Of a stretch of DNA of 64,000 nt, positions 39,660 to 51,232 are shown piece after piece. This stretch comes from Basidiobolus meristosporus CBS 931.73 (Eukaryota > Fungi > Basidiobolomycota). Location of the stretch: NCBI GenBank assembly GCA_002104905.1, contig MCFE01000102.1, forward strand, positions 107,614-171,613, written 5' to 3'. The translations under genes and the position numbers were made by a program. The notes under the pieces are model-generated. The model saw nothing but the letters and a program-made list of their open reading frames with translations, searched no databases and was not told the origin of the DNA. The stretch's first letter is position 1, and every line of letters starts with the position of its first letter.

Positions 39660-40058
39660 ATGCATTTCTTGATCCCAACTCTCGTGTGTGTGGCTGTCTT
39701 GTCATCAGTAAGCGGCCTTCCGAGCTCCCCGAAGGAAAATCCCTTCACACCGGAGAACTACCCGGGGCTCATCATCAAGGAATACGGAACAACTGCCATC
39801 TGCTATCACGGAGATATTGTCGTCCTGGCGAAAACATCCAGTGAATGCCTGGCCGATGTTGGATGTTACACGCTTGACAGGGACAGAAAACAGATCAAAT
39901 CGGTTCTAGACGATCTCCAAAAGAACGGCAATGAGGTCTGGCCAATGTCACCATGGGGTTCTGACTTTCCCCATCGGGTAGATCCAAAGGGTACTGACCT
40001 CAAGGACTGGCCAGGCAAGGGTGAGCAAGCGACATGTACACATGATCCGAGTGTGTGA
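39660..40058 (+). CDS. Small secreted protein S4 (132 aa)
   Basis: Signal peptide MHFLIPTLVCVAVLSSVSG, with the same family motifs as S1 and S3. Confidence 0.85.
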   Translation: MHFLIPTLVCVAVLSSVSGLPSSPKENPFTPENYPGLIIKEYGTTAICYHGDIVVLAKTSSECLADVGCYTLDRDRKQIKSVLDDLQKNGNEVWPMSPWGSDFPHRVDPKGTDLKDWPGKGEQATCTHDPSV

Positions 40059-40159
40059 CTCGAGAATAAAAAGTTGTTGATTTTGTTGCATGATCTAGTG
40101 TATGTGGTAGTTGGATGGTGTGGGCCAGTGCGCATTGACCAGGCATTCTTAGATCTCTT

Positions 40160-40385
40160 CATCCAGTTTAGAATAACTATCCTAGCTTGTCCATTCAACC
40201 GCCTTGACTAGCATGGGCATGAAGATCATATGTTCTCTGTAGAGCAAGCGCATACACTTAAAACGGCCAGGCCTACAGTACGTAAGAAAGGGCATTCTTC
40301 GTCCCAAGTATTTGGTTCATCGAGTTGGTCAACGGATATATCCCGAACCCCAGTATTGAGTAACCCTTTTGCTCATCCTAGGCCA
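40160..40385 (-). pseudogene. Degenerate copy of the 3' end of the downstream membrane-protein gene
   Basis: Aligns with 41400-41640 (e.g. ttcttcgtccc.agtatt.ggttcatcgagtt.gtcaa..gatatatcccgaa.cccagtattg). Confidence 0.7.
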
Positions 40386-40429
40386 TGTCACAGTGATGGT
40401 CACACATACTTACCACAACCACAATATCT

Positions 40430-40720
40430 AGTTGGGTGCGCTTCACTCAGACAGACATCCGCACCTTGACCACATGCTTCTCTACAATCTCGGGGCTGAC
40501 GGCTCGAGACAATTTTACCAGAATCAATCAGATCGCTGTTCTACTCAACCTGGGCTAGGTTGACAACATCCATGGTTACTGGGGAGACAGAACCTACCCA
40601 GTAACATGGCGACTGACTCAGAAGTCCGAAAGATCCTTGGATATATGTACAATCATGCGTGATTTCGGTGACTGACGTCGGGAAACAATAGAACGGATTT
40701 CCGCCACGATGACATGCTCT
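40430..40720 (+). pseudogene. Degenerate duplicate of the COG4 3' exons
   Basis: Aligns with 39105-39410 and carries an in-frame TAG and indels. Confidence 0.8.
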
Positions 40721-40878
40721 CCAGTAAGGGAATTCCAAATCAAAATTAAACGCTGCCAATGGGTGATGTGGTTCAATGCGGCTCACTTCACAAACAGCGC
40801 CTTGTTTCATCCGTCAGCCGTGTTAATTCAAGAATAAATTGAGGCGAAGCGACGAGGTCAGCTTCAAACCACTTTCCA

Positions 40879-41280
40879 ATGCATTTCTTGATCCCAACCC
40901 TCGTGTATGCGGCTGTCTTGTCATCAGTAAGCGGCCTTCCGAGCTCCCCGAAGGAAAATCCCTTCACACCGGAGAACTACCCGGAGCTCATCATCAAAGT
41001 TACTGATGGTATAACTGCCATCTGCTATCACGGAGATATTGTCGTCCTGGCGAAAACATCCGGTGAATGCCTGGCCGATGTTGGATGTTACACGCTTGAC
41101 AGGGACAGAAAACAAATTAAATCGGTTCTAGACGATCTCCAAAAGAACGGCAATGAGGTCTGGCCAATGTCACCATGGAGTCCCGGCTTCTCCTATCGGG
41201 TGGACCCAAAGAATACTGACCTCAAGGACTGGCCAGGCAAGGGTGAGCAAGCGACATGTACACATGATCCGAGTGTATGA
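40879..41280 (+). CDS. Small secreted protein S5 (133 aa)
   Basis: Near-identical tandem paralogue of S4 (offset 1219 bp). Confidence 0.85.
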   Translation: MHFLIPTLVYAAVLSSVSGLPSSPKENPFTPENYPELIIKVTDGITAICYHGDIVVLAKTSGECLADVGCYTLDRDRKQIKSVLDDLQKNGNEVWPMSPWSPGFSYRVDPKNTDLKDWPGKGEQATCTHDPSV

Positions 41281-41370
41281 CTCGAGAATAAAAAGCTGTT
41301 GATTTTATTGAATGATCTGGTATATGTGGTAGTTGGATGGTGTGGGCCAGTGTGCATTGGCCAGGCAGTT

Positions 41371-43180
41371 TTAAATCTCTTCATCCAGTTTAGAATAGTT
41401 TTCCTGACTCAGCCCTTCAATTGCTTTGGCTTGCATTGGCACAGGGTTTGCTAGAGCATCTTTATGTGTAGATAGCATGTTTTCTTTGTAGAGCAAGTGA
41501 AACATGATGATGGCGCTTACGCTTAAGACGGCCGGGTCTACAGTAGTGAGGATCACATACGAAAGGGGGTTCTTCGTCCCGAGTATTCGGTTCATCGAGT
41601 TAGTCAATAGATATATCCCGAAGCCCAGTATTGCGTAACTCCCCTCCAAAACCACCTACAAATGCCCACCTTAGCTTCATCCTCAGCCTGCGGCTGTGCT
41701 AGAAAACACATACCTCACGCACTCTATCATCGAATGACCCGCATCCTCCTAATCGTGCAAGGAAGTTCCTCGCTTAACAGATTTAATAAGGCCTCCCATT
41801 CGTCATACTGCATCCCATCACCTACCTTGATAGAAACTTAACAACCGGGATATCAGCAGTGTGGTGGATATACCGTGTAAGATAAACAACTGAATATATC
41901 CAACAAGCATTTCATTCTCAAGCAACTCTGCCCCTGTAAGTAGGATACAACTTACGGCCAGACATGAAAGCTCAAATCTCAACGTAAACCCCAAGACCTT
42001 GAAATCCTCATTGGCTAGGTGGCTGGTGATGATTCGCTTCCTGTGTAGTACAGAAGTTAGTCCGGAAAGTCGCTAACTTAAGTTGCGTTATGCCTCCTCA
42101 CCAAGATAGTAACATTAGGGAATTCCCGGCATACCCAAGGATTAATGATATCATTACAATCGACTGATATACGCCTGGATAGCTACGAATAGGTGGAAGC
42201 ACAGCAGATACTGCATCTTGACGTTAGTGTCGACTAGCAATGGTACAGGATGCAAGAGGTCAAACCTAAGAGAAAGGTGCACATGAAAAGACATGCTATC
42301 ACTTTAGTATCGGCACGAGCCCCTTCCCGACGAAATAGTGTGCCCAGTTGTATGAACCCGTAAAAGCCAGACGCTATTTTCTGATGGCACAGTCACGCGT
42401 TATTCAAACTTCAATACCATAAAGGCGTCTTCATGCTTACCATGCCAGCAGAAAACCAAAATTGCGCGATATACAATAGTGATTTGTGTAATTGATTCCA
42501 AACCCCGGGTTCTGAATGAAGAGGTGTTTAGCCTTATGAAAGGGAGGGCCCTGAGAAGATATGCTATGCGAACCTTCCACCACTTGCACGAGGAATGGCT
42601 CGGGTGTGGTTGCTCTGCTTCGCAACTCCACACCCTGCTCCTTGGTAGTTAGAGCCAATTTGATCTCGGTCGGCAAGAGTTTTAATTTACCAAACTCTGT
42701 GAACGGAGTGCTGATTTGTGTTTCGTCGTTCTCTTTGCTCGTGAAAACGACTAGACGAAGAGGGGGTAATTTTGACATAGTAACAAGCTCATCTAAAACA
42801 TCCAGTTGCCTGATCACCTAGGCAATACAGTCAGGTAAGCTCAGTGAACTGACAATTTCTGGTATACCTCATACCTGGCTGAAATATTGGCAGCCAAACT
42901 CCTCTACTTGGGGAAATAGTAGTATGGTACTAAATGTGTTGATTGATAATGTTGTAGGGATCCTGTATGCATCAATGGTAGACTGAGCAAAATTACAGTC
43001 CGTTGCAGTTGGCTTGGGAGCATTTAGTAGCACTCCGGTGATGTTGTAGAAAGGTGTAAGATAGCCATAGAAGCTCTGGGTTGTATAGGATTTTGTAGGG
43101 ACGTCCAAAGGAAGCAGATGCCCCCAAGTCAACGTTATGTAAGCAAGAAATACCACCGTTAGCAATACCCTGGCGAACAT
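41371..43180 (-). CDS. Signal-peptide, multi-pass membrane protein of unknown function
   Basis: N-terminal MFARVLLTVVFLAYITLTWG, an extracellular region ending EPGVWNQL, and several hydrophobic exons. GT-AG introns. Confidence 0.65.
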
Positions 43181-43695
43181 AATAGATTCGATTCTTTAAA
43201 AAGCAGAGAGTAGAAGCCAAGAACCAAACAAATAAGGCCTGGATTTGTCTTTACTTTGGATCGATTCAGTCGTCCAAAAGGGAAAAATCACCAAACCAAG
43301 ATGAAAAGGTGATTCTGTTCTTCCAAAATATAAACTTTCAAGTACTGCATGATGCAGGTGACTCTCGAAGAGTATAGCCTGCTCCCCGCACACTGATTAT
43401 TATTTTTCTCCACAACTGGTGTACACCATAAACAATTCGCACGAGCTCAGCATGGTATTTAGACAATAGATTATGCTTGGTCGCATTTGAATAACAATCC
43501 AAGAAAATTGAAACGCAACCAGGGGCAAGTCACAAACTCCCCACTGCACCAATTTTTTCGCATGATTTGTATCCACATTCTAACCAATTTTCTCGATAAT
43601 TCTCATTCGAGCCTCTCGATAATTCTTACTCGATGCAAACTTTGCTGAAATTCCTTGTATCAACCGCCTCTGGTGGATGGGAATAATCGCCAACA

Positions 43696-44587
43696 ATGTC
43701 GAAAGTTAAGGCATACAGAGTTTCCAACTTTCATCGGGCCCCTCCGACGCCCAAAGGGAAATCCCGGCTACCCTTGGTGGTAGGCGGTCTAGCCGTCTAC
43801 CTGGGTGTTACCTATTTATCCTTCAGCTACTTCAAACTATCCAAGCCTGAAGAAGAGAAAGATGGAATACCAACCCAGAAGGATACTTGCACTTCATTCA
43901 ACTCCACCTACGACCACATAGCGGAAAATTACGACAAGAAAATTGGTATGGACGAAACTCTTATGGGCTTGGGCTTATTAAGACGCTGGCTCATAAAGAA
44001 TGCTAAAGTATTGTACCTTGTTGCTCGAAGCATTTTGGCTCCTGGTACTAATCAAGTTTCCTCTATAGGGGGATGTTTTAGAGGTGTCAGCGGGTACAGG
44101 GCGTAATCTTCCATACTATCGTGAGCAACGGTACGACAACTTGACTCTTACCGATCAGAGTGGACCAATGCTGGACCAGGCAAAAAAGAAAATGAAGGAA
44201 TACTCGGAAAGAGTTGGTGGCACTGAAAAGGTTCACTTTGAGGTCATGAACGTAGAGCAAGCCAAATATCCGGATAACTCCTTTGATACGGTGATCTCTA
44301 CCTTCAGTGTATGCAGTTACGATAATCCTGTTAAAGCACTTAGTGAGATGCAGCGAGTATGTAAACCTGATGGTTACGTCTTACTACTGGAACACGGTCA
44401 GAGCAAGTACAAGTGGCTGAATAACATCTTGGACACTCAAGCCGAAAAGCATGCTTTACAATGGGGATGCTGGTGGAATCGGGATATTATGGGTTTGGTT
44501 TACAAAGCTGGGTTGCAGGTGGTTTATCAATCTAGATGGCATCTCGGCACCACATACTATATTATTGCTAGACCTGCTCCCAACTAG
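43696..44587 (+). CDS. OMS1: Mitochondrial SAM methyltransferase, Oms1-like
   Basis: N-terminal TM segment, YDKKIGMDETLMGLGLLRRWL, VLEVSAGTGRNLPYY and LLEHGQS...WGCWWNRDI. Confidence 0.85.
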
Positions 44588-44900
44588 CTTGCGTATTCCA
44601 TTCAGCAGCATTACACTAACACAAAGAGTCGAATAAATCAAAAGTAATTAGATAATCGACTTATAGCTTCCTTTCTACACGCCCTTTCTATCAATTAAAC
44701 TGCTTTCAAGGCTTGGCGGGCCAATAGCTTGACCATTGATACAGTTATATTACACATAAGAAGTTCATTCTTTACTACCAAAGTGAAAATTATCTTGCCA
44801 AACTTTTCCGTATTACAATATATCCCAGGCTTTTTACGGTCTTCGTGGATGTGCTTGCATTTTTGTAGCGTTATCAAATGATATACTAGTGAGTGTACGG

Positions 44901-45163
44901 GTTTGTAGACCGCATGGTTATTCTCAACCGTCAAGACAACATAGTCGTCTACAGTACGGAAAGACATAGAATATACGGCCCTCTCCGTCAACAGCCGAAC
45001 TCCACCCGAAGGGCTTCGCTCAAGGCTGCCAGATGGCGAATCGCTCGATGATGTGCCGGATAGAAATCTACACCACTGATGGGCGAACTCTCGTGGAAGA
45101 GAGCTCTGTGTGCTTCGTAGTACCGATTGAAAGTAGGCAGATGCCTACAATCCACATCAACTG
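44901..45163 (-). ncRNA. snR30: snR30/U17-like snoRNA copy 8 (ACA box)
   Basis: Same motifs. TATA at 45196. Flanks match those of copy 5. Confidence 0.8.
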
Positions 45164-45498
45164 AGGACAAAGGAGAACTCTGTGACTCCTTTTATACAAT
45201 CAGCTCCAAACTTTTTTTCAACCTTGAATGAACTCAACAACAACAACAACAATAACAGTCTAATAGCCACCCTGGATTTGGTTAGTGATCCCACACTATA
45301 ACTAGTGCTATCGATGAAGAGAGTCTCACACTCCCCAGCGATAAATCAAAGAGGTATTGCTGAAAGGTTGTCTCAAAGAGACTTTCTTTCATATTTATAT
45401 ATGAATAAACGAAGCTCTGAAACTATAAGCTTACACCAATTTTGTCTATTCACTTGTCAATTCCCGTTATTTGATTTCAATAAAATATTCAAGTATTA

Positions 45499-45761
45499 GA
45501 ATATTGGCCGCATGGTTATTCTCAACCGTCAAGACGACATAGTCGTCTAGAGTACGGAAAGACATAGAATATACGGCCCTCTCCATCAACAGCCGAACTC
45601 CACCTGAAGGGCTTCGCTCAAGGCTGGCAGACGGTGAATCGCTCGATGATGTGCCGGATAGAAATCTACACCACTGATGGGCGAACTCTCGTGGAAGAGA
45701 GCTCTGTGTGCTTCGTAGTACCGATTGAAAGTAGGCAGATGCCTACAATCCACATCAACTG
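45499..45761 (-). ncRNA. snR30: snR30/U17-like snoRNA copy 9 (AUA box)
   Basis: Same motifs. TATA at 45794. Confidence 0.78.
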
Positions 45762-46395
45762 AGGACAAAGGAGAACTCTGTGGCTCCTTTTATACAATCA
45801 GCTCTAAACTTTTTTTCAACCTTGAATGAACTCAACAACAACAATAGCAGTCTAGTAGCCACCCAAAATTTGGATAATGTGCTAGACTGAGTTACACCAA
45901 CTATCAAAGCAGGCATTGATATTATGGAAATGTGTCTAAAGAAATGATAAATTGATTACCTACCAATTGAGCGCCAATCTTCCTTTATCATGGGTAGGAA
46001 GAAAAGTACCCTAGCATCAAATGATGACTCGGTATGACCACGTGATTCACTCAACTCTTAAAGTCACCATCAAGCTGAACAATATCATAGTTGCTCTCTT
46101 TTACATCGTTTTTTTCAATTGGAAATGATTGCGCTCGCTGGCGGATTGCGATTTGAGTGATTCGCATGAGAACATAGTGATGTCGTGCAGATACATATAA
46201 AATACGATAAATGGCTTAATTTAGTGGAAATATAATTTCGATATCGATTATATTATTAATTGGTGATCCTAGTGAAAAAAAAGCATTCCACTATGGGTGA
46301 CTACCTCTGTATACGCAATTTCTTTCCTTTCTTTTTTTCCCTTTAGTATCGCTTACTGAGATATTCACCAACACAGTACTCTCCCTCCTTCGGTT

Positions 46396-47225
46396 ATGTC
46401 TACCCCTTACAGTTGTCAGTGGTACTTCAAGAAGGAAGAGCTTGAAAAAACCCCCTCGATTCAGGATGGTATTCCTTTTGAGAAAGAGCTGATCGATAGA
46501 GCCAAAGGCTGCAATTTCATTGTCAGTGTTGGCAGATCTCTGCAGCTCCCTCAATTGACCTTGGCTACTGCAACAACCTTTTTACACAGATTTTACATGC
46601 GCCAATCCTTAAAAGACTATCATTATTACGATATAGGAGCTACCTGTCTCTTCGTCGCTACTAAGGTGGAAGAAACGTTACGGAAGTTAAAAGATCTGAT
46701 CGTCTTCTGCGTCCAAAAAGCTCAAAAAAATGACAAACTTCTGGTGGAAGAGGACTCCAAGGAGTTCAAAAGATGGAGGGAGATGATTCTTTGTAATGAG
46801 GAGATAGTCTTAGAAACTATCAGCTTCGATCTAGCTATTGAGCACCCCTATGTCAGTCTACTACGCTTTGTGAAAGAATTAAAAGGTTCTAAACCTTTAG
46901 CACAGACCGCTTGGGCCTTTCTGAACGACAGCCTTCGGACCACTTTGTGTGTCATCTATCGGCCGCATATAATAGCAGCAGCAGCACTTTACATAGCCTC
47001 AAAATACCTGGATGAGAAGCTGGGAGACCCAGTTGCGGGAAAGCCTTGGTGGGAGGTGGTTGATGCTAGTATTCAAGACATCCAGGATGCCTCTAGTCAA
47101 ATCTTGGATCAGTACCAGCAACTACCAGTTTTGCCGCAATTCAGGTTAGTTTTTGAGGCTTAATGCACTGTTACTTGTAATATGAGTGCTCACTCTTGCT
47201 TATTCGACTTAGATTACCGACATAA
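46396..47225 (+). CDS. Transcriptional cyclin (cyclin K/T, Pch1-like)
   Basis: QWYF...TPSIQDGI..E...RAKGCNFI, LATATTFLHRFYMRQS, LFVATKVEET and FDLAIEHPY. A short last exon is inferred. Confidence 0.88.
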
Positions 47226-47764
47226 GACCAAGCACCTCTAGGGACACTTGGCCGCTCCGTCTAGGTCGTACTGCTTCCATTTTCATTATCTTCAAACTCA
47301 AAAATACCTACACCTATGGCAACCATCAACCCTATGCCTTTTGAACGCGCTGTTTGCTGTTCTTCTTCCCGCACCACAAAACATCACCCCTCTTGTTGTA
47401 AATCCCTTTCTATAAGCACGACTTCACACTACTCTACTTTGACTAAGCTCTGCCTCTCCCTCCCCCTGTCCTTTCACTTACCAGTTCACTCTTGACCAAT
47501 TGCGGTTTGTACTTTGAGCCTTTATTCATTAGAAACATAGTACTGTAGTACTTTCCCCTCACTTCAGTGAATCAGTAGATTCATATTAAATGTATATACG
47601 AAAGAAGGAATCCCAGAATTTTGCGATGGACCATGTGATTATATGCTCTCCAAGGTATAGAATGATTTATATGGACACAACTTTATAAGATTATATATAA
47701 ACAATGCGTATGGGGAGATTCTTTAACAATCAATGTTATCATACTTCCGTGGTGTCGAAAGGGT

Positions 47765-49348
47765 CTAACAGTCAATAGCGTCATACTTACGGAAGAGCCA
47801 GTAGAAAATGATTGTCATGACTCCCATAAGCCCGGTCTGAATACCAAACACATAGACAAAGTTGGGATCGTTACTCCAGATGGCTAGGATCAATCCGATC
47901 AGACTACCACCACAGTTGGTGAACAGGAATAGGGCGGTGACGACCGACTTGAGTTCGGGTGCGGCTTGTCTGAATGCAAATTCCAGTCCAGTTACCGAGG
48001 CGAAAATCTCCGAGATAGCGATGCCGATGAAGGGGATTATTTGCCACCAGATGGTGATGTCATTGACTGGCTGCTCTCCCGCGGGCAAACCACTCAAGTC
48101 GGTGAAGTTGTAGTAAGGGCCGGTCTTGTAGACTTGGTCTTGCAGAATTGTGACGTAAACAAAGGCCAGAGTAGCGATGGTGAAGCCAATGGTAATACGT
48201 GTGATAGGGCCAAGACGACAGCCCATTTTTCTCAAAAGTGGGAAGATAATGGTGTCGAAGATTGGAATGGCCACAACCAAGACAAGACTGTTGATGAGAT
48301 TGAGCTGCTCAGGGCCACTAATGAAGGAGGGGCGTTGCATAGTAAGGCCCATGTTGATGAAGTTATCCGACATGTTGTAGTACAATGCCCAGTAGAATGG
48401 ATAGAACAGGAATACCAAAGATGCGCGAAGGGTCTTCTTCAAATCCTCAACAAAGCTGTCGTCCCATTCAAACCCATCAACCTTGGCGTAGTCCAACCAA
48501 TGCTCAATGGGTCCATTGGTTTTGGCGTTATCAAGAGGAGCCTTGCGGTGAGAGAGAGCATATTTGATGCAGGAGTAGGTTTTTGAGAGGACAGTTCCAG
48601 AGGGAGGCTTGACGTAGTACAGTCTCTTGGCTGAAACAAAGATGACCAAACCCAACACAAACATAATGGCTGGGAGGGAGTAGGCAAGAGGGTAGGATCC
48701 ATAATCATTGGCGACAATGGGGCAGATGAATTGGCCTAGCAAGGCACCACAGTTGATTGCCCAGTAGAAGAAACGGAAGATTCTCTCCACTGTCAGCTGA
48801 GAGTCGATATATACGCCAGGAGTCTTGGTTGGGAAGATTCCCTCTTTGATTTGTTCAGCAGCAAAGGATGAAACATTGGATTTGATACCACCAGTACCAA
48901 AGGAGATGAAGGCATACAAAGCAATAATGAATCCGATGATTCCGAAGCTTCCTTCAAGGGACGAAGGAAGTGCACTGAGTGCTAAGATGATCAGACCGAT
49001 CATGTAAAAGAGAGAAAAGATGACGATTGTCTTGAACTTGCCGACATATCTGTCAGCAACAACAGCGCCGAGGATAGTAGTGAAGTAAGCTAGGAACTGA
49101 AAGCCTCTGTTTACAGCAGTGGCAGTTCCCTTGCTGAAACCAAGCATTTTCAGCATATAGGGCTGGAACATTAGGGAAGCACCGTAGAAGGCAAATCGCT
49201 CACATAGTTCAGTGATGATAATAAACCAGGCAGCAAGCGGAACTTTCCCGGCCACACGTTTCTCTATGTCGTCAGGGTTTGGCTGCTCTTCAATTTTATC
49301 GTCAACATAGTTGACCTCTTTGTCATGATCAGGCTTTTCGTTACTCAT
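47765..49348 (-). CDS. PTR2: POT/PTR proton-dependent oligopeptide transporter
   Basis: ELCERFAFYG, ADRYVGKFKTI, GTGGIKSNVS, FFYWAINCG and GLEFAFRQAAPELKS. Intronless, 527 aa. Confidence 0.93.
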   Translation of the reverse strand: MSNEKPDHDKEVNYVDDKIEEQPNPDDIEKRVAGKVPLAAWFIIITELCERFAFYGASLMFQPYMLKMLGFSKGTATAVNRGFQFLAYFTTILGAVVADRYVGKFKTIVIFSLFYMIGLIILALSALPSSLEGSFGIIGFIIALYAFISFGTGGIKSNVSSFAAEQIKEGIFPTKTPGVYIDSQLTVERIFRFFYWAINCGALLGQFICPIVANDYGSYPLAYSLPAIMFVLGLVIFVSAKRLYYVKPPSGTVLSKTYSCIKYALSHRKAPLDNAKTNGPIEHWLDYAKVDGFEWDDSFVEDLKKTLRASLVFLFYPFYWALYYNMSDNFINMGLTMQRPSFISGPEQLNLINSLVLVVAIPIFDTIIFPLLRKMGCRLGPITRITIGFTIATLAFVYVTILQDQVYKTGPYYNFTDLSGLPAGEQPVNDITIWWQIIPFIGIAISEIFASVTGLEFAFRQAAPELKSVVTALFLFTNCGGSLIGLILAIWSNDPNFVYVFGIQTGLMGVMTIIFYWLFRKYDAIDC

Positions 49349-49941
49349 AGTTGAGTGAGTAGAGTGTATTGTATGAAGCTGAGTACCCAGGGTTCCTTTT
49401 ATAAGCTATTGTGCCAGATTTGGGATTATTTTGTACAACGCGAGATATGTCAGCTCATTAAGCTTGATTTCCCTGAATCAATATAACTAGATCGAGTTAG
49501 ATTAATTCCAAGATAACAGCCTTGATATCCTTCGATCTGTTCGCTCTATGAAAGCCCTAGTGCCAACTGAGCCCAAATGTAGTGCGTCGATCGAGATCAA
49601 GGGGTTGATAAGGGTCACATGGGCGCCTTCAGGATTAAAGGTGGTCAGACACAAGGTTTACTTAGCGCGTGGCAACGTTGCAAATCCAATTTCAAATGAT
49701 ACTTCTTTAGCTTATTTGTCAGTGTGATTCTTAAATGGTAGATCTGGCGTTCAGAACATCACGCTCCGGGCCTAGGTGACGGAAACTAGTTCCGTTGCCA
49801 TTTGGCAGGCTCGAGCTTTGTAAGTATACATGCAATCTGAATGGTGTCTAATCGCAATATGCTACCTTGATCAATTTTGCCGATCCATCTACACGCACAT
49901 TGATTAGTGTATTGCTGTACTGATACTTGTTCACGCGTTTA

Positions 49942-50040
49942 AGGTTGAGCATATACAGGTAGAAGTGCTCTCATTGGAGGTTGAATATATACAGGTAGAA
50001 TTGCCCTCGTCGAAGGTTGAATGTATACAAGTAGAGAGGG
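49942..50040. repeat. About 2.7 degenerate 36-bp tandem repeats
   Basis: gttga..atatacaggtagaa occurs at 49944, 49980 and 50016. Confidence 0.75.
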
Positions 50041-51232
50041 GAACCGAGATGTGTTTTGGAACTTTAAAATGTGTGGCTTCCACTGGTTGGATTTGAATTT
50101 TTTGCAGAACTTGGTAAAAGTAACAAATACGAATGTTTTGAGAAAGGCCCCAGAAAGCTGTGAGCAAAGTTTGGGGTTATTAGTACAACCTTGATTGTTT
50201 CCAGGACTTCTATTAATTTACAGAATTAGGAAATATTCTTTCATCTAAATCCAAATTCACGGGCTAATCCACTATTCCATATATCAACAATTAGTCGATA
50301 TACTAATTAATTGGAACAAAACCGTATTGGAATTCTGCTGATTTTCCTACCATGTTACAATTCAATGGCTTCACATTACAGGCGAAACAACAAAATATTT
50401 TGAAGCTTAATGACAGATTCTGAATATACGGAGCAGAAAAAGCCAACCGCCCGATCCTAATAGATGTCCACTCCCCATGCAAAAACCCTCCTCAGATGGC
50501 GAAACGCAAATACCAAAATACTCACCCCAACCTTGGCACAGCTTCCGGATTTGTTAAACATTCTCATCATTACTTCTACAAAGTTGTACTGAAAGTATAG
50601 ACACATTATTTGAACTCTACAAGTGAAAACCTTGCCTATTGGTATCCAGGCCAACTTGCAACAATCTAGTGGTATACATCCATGATTTTGGCGGGGAACT
50701 CATCGGCTATAAATCTTGCTTCAAACCCCATAATAGCTGCATTGACCATGAGTGCGACTTGTTACTGCAGAATATGGATTCCCCTTTGTAGCTTGATGAG
50801 TGATGATAGAACAAAATTTTTCAGATATATTCTAAAGAGTTTGTCATGGTACTGAGATTGTATGATTGCCCTAAGTATACAAACCATTCTAGTCTTTAAG
50901 GTATTTGTAAGTACCAATCAATTAAATTAGATGCTAGACTCCAAGTACAAAAAAACCCAAGCAAATTGTTTTGAGCAAATAGCATGTGAACAACTAGGTA
51001 CTTATCTGCCACTTCTTGTCGATTTTTTAACATAACTTGTCTCTAATAGCCCGCAATCAGGTGAAGTAAGACTCCGGGACTAATCCAATGCTTAAATCTA
51101 TTATGATAGCACAGAAAATTTGAGCAATGATGGGATGACCCAGTATGTGGAGGCGATAAGTTTACTATTCAATATATGCTCAAGGCTTTTTTTGACATTT
51201 TGTAGTTCACCAGGCCATCTCAACACTGGCAA

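Noticed and set aside
25751-45768. Repeated 60-90 aa ORFs (MSSVDVDCRHL..., MQASAY..., MNRSMMCRIE...) as a protein family
   Set aside because: They overlap in several frames of one module, and their starts and stops vary with the flank. The TATA is too close to the MSSVD ATG to leave a leader. The conserved features are RNA motifs.
4485-48717. Numerous antisense or alternative-frame ORFs overlapping ARG2, the Zn2Cys6 gene, PhoD, COG4 and PTR2
   Set aside because: They are shadow ORFs of well-supported genes on the other strand or frame.
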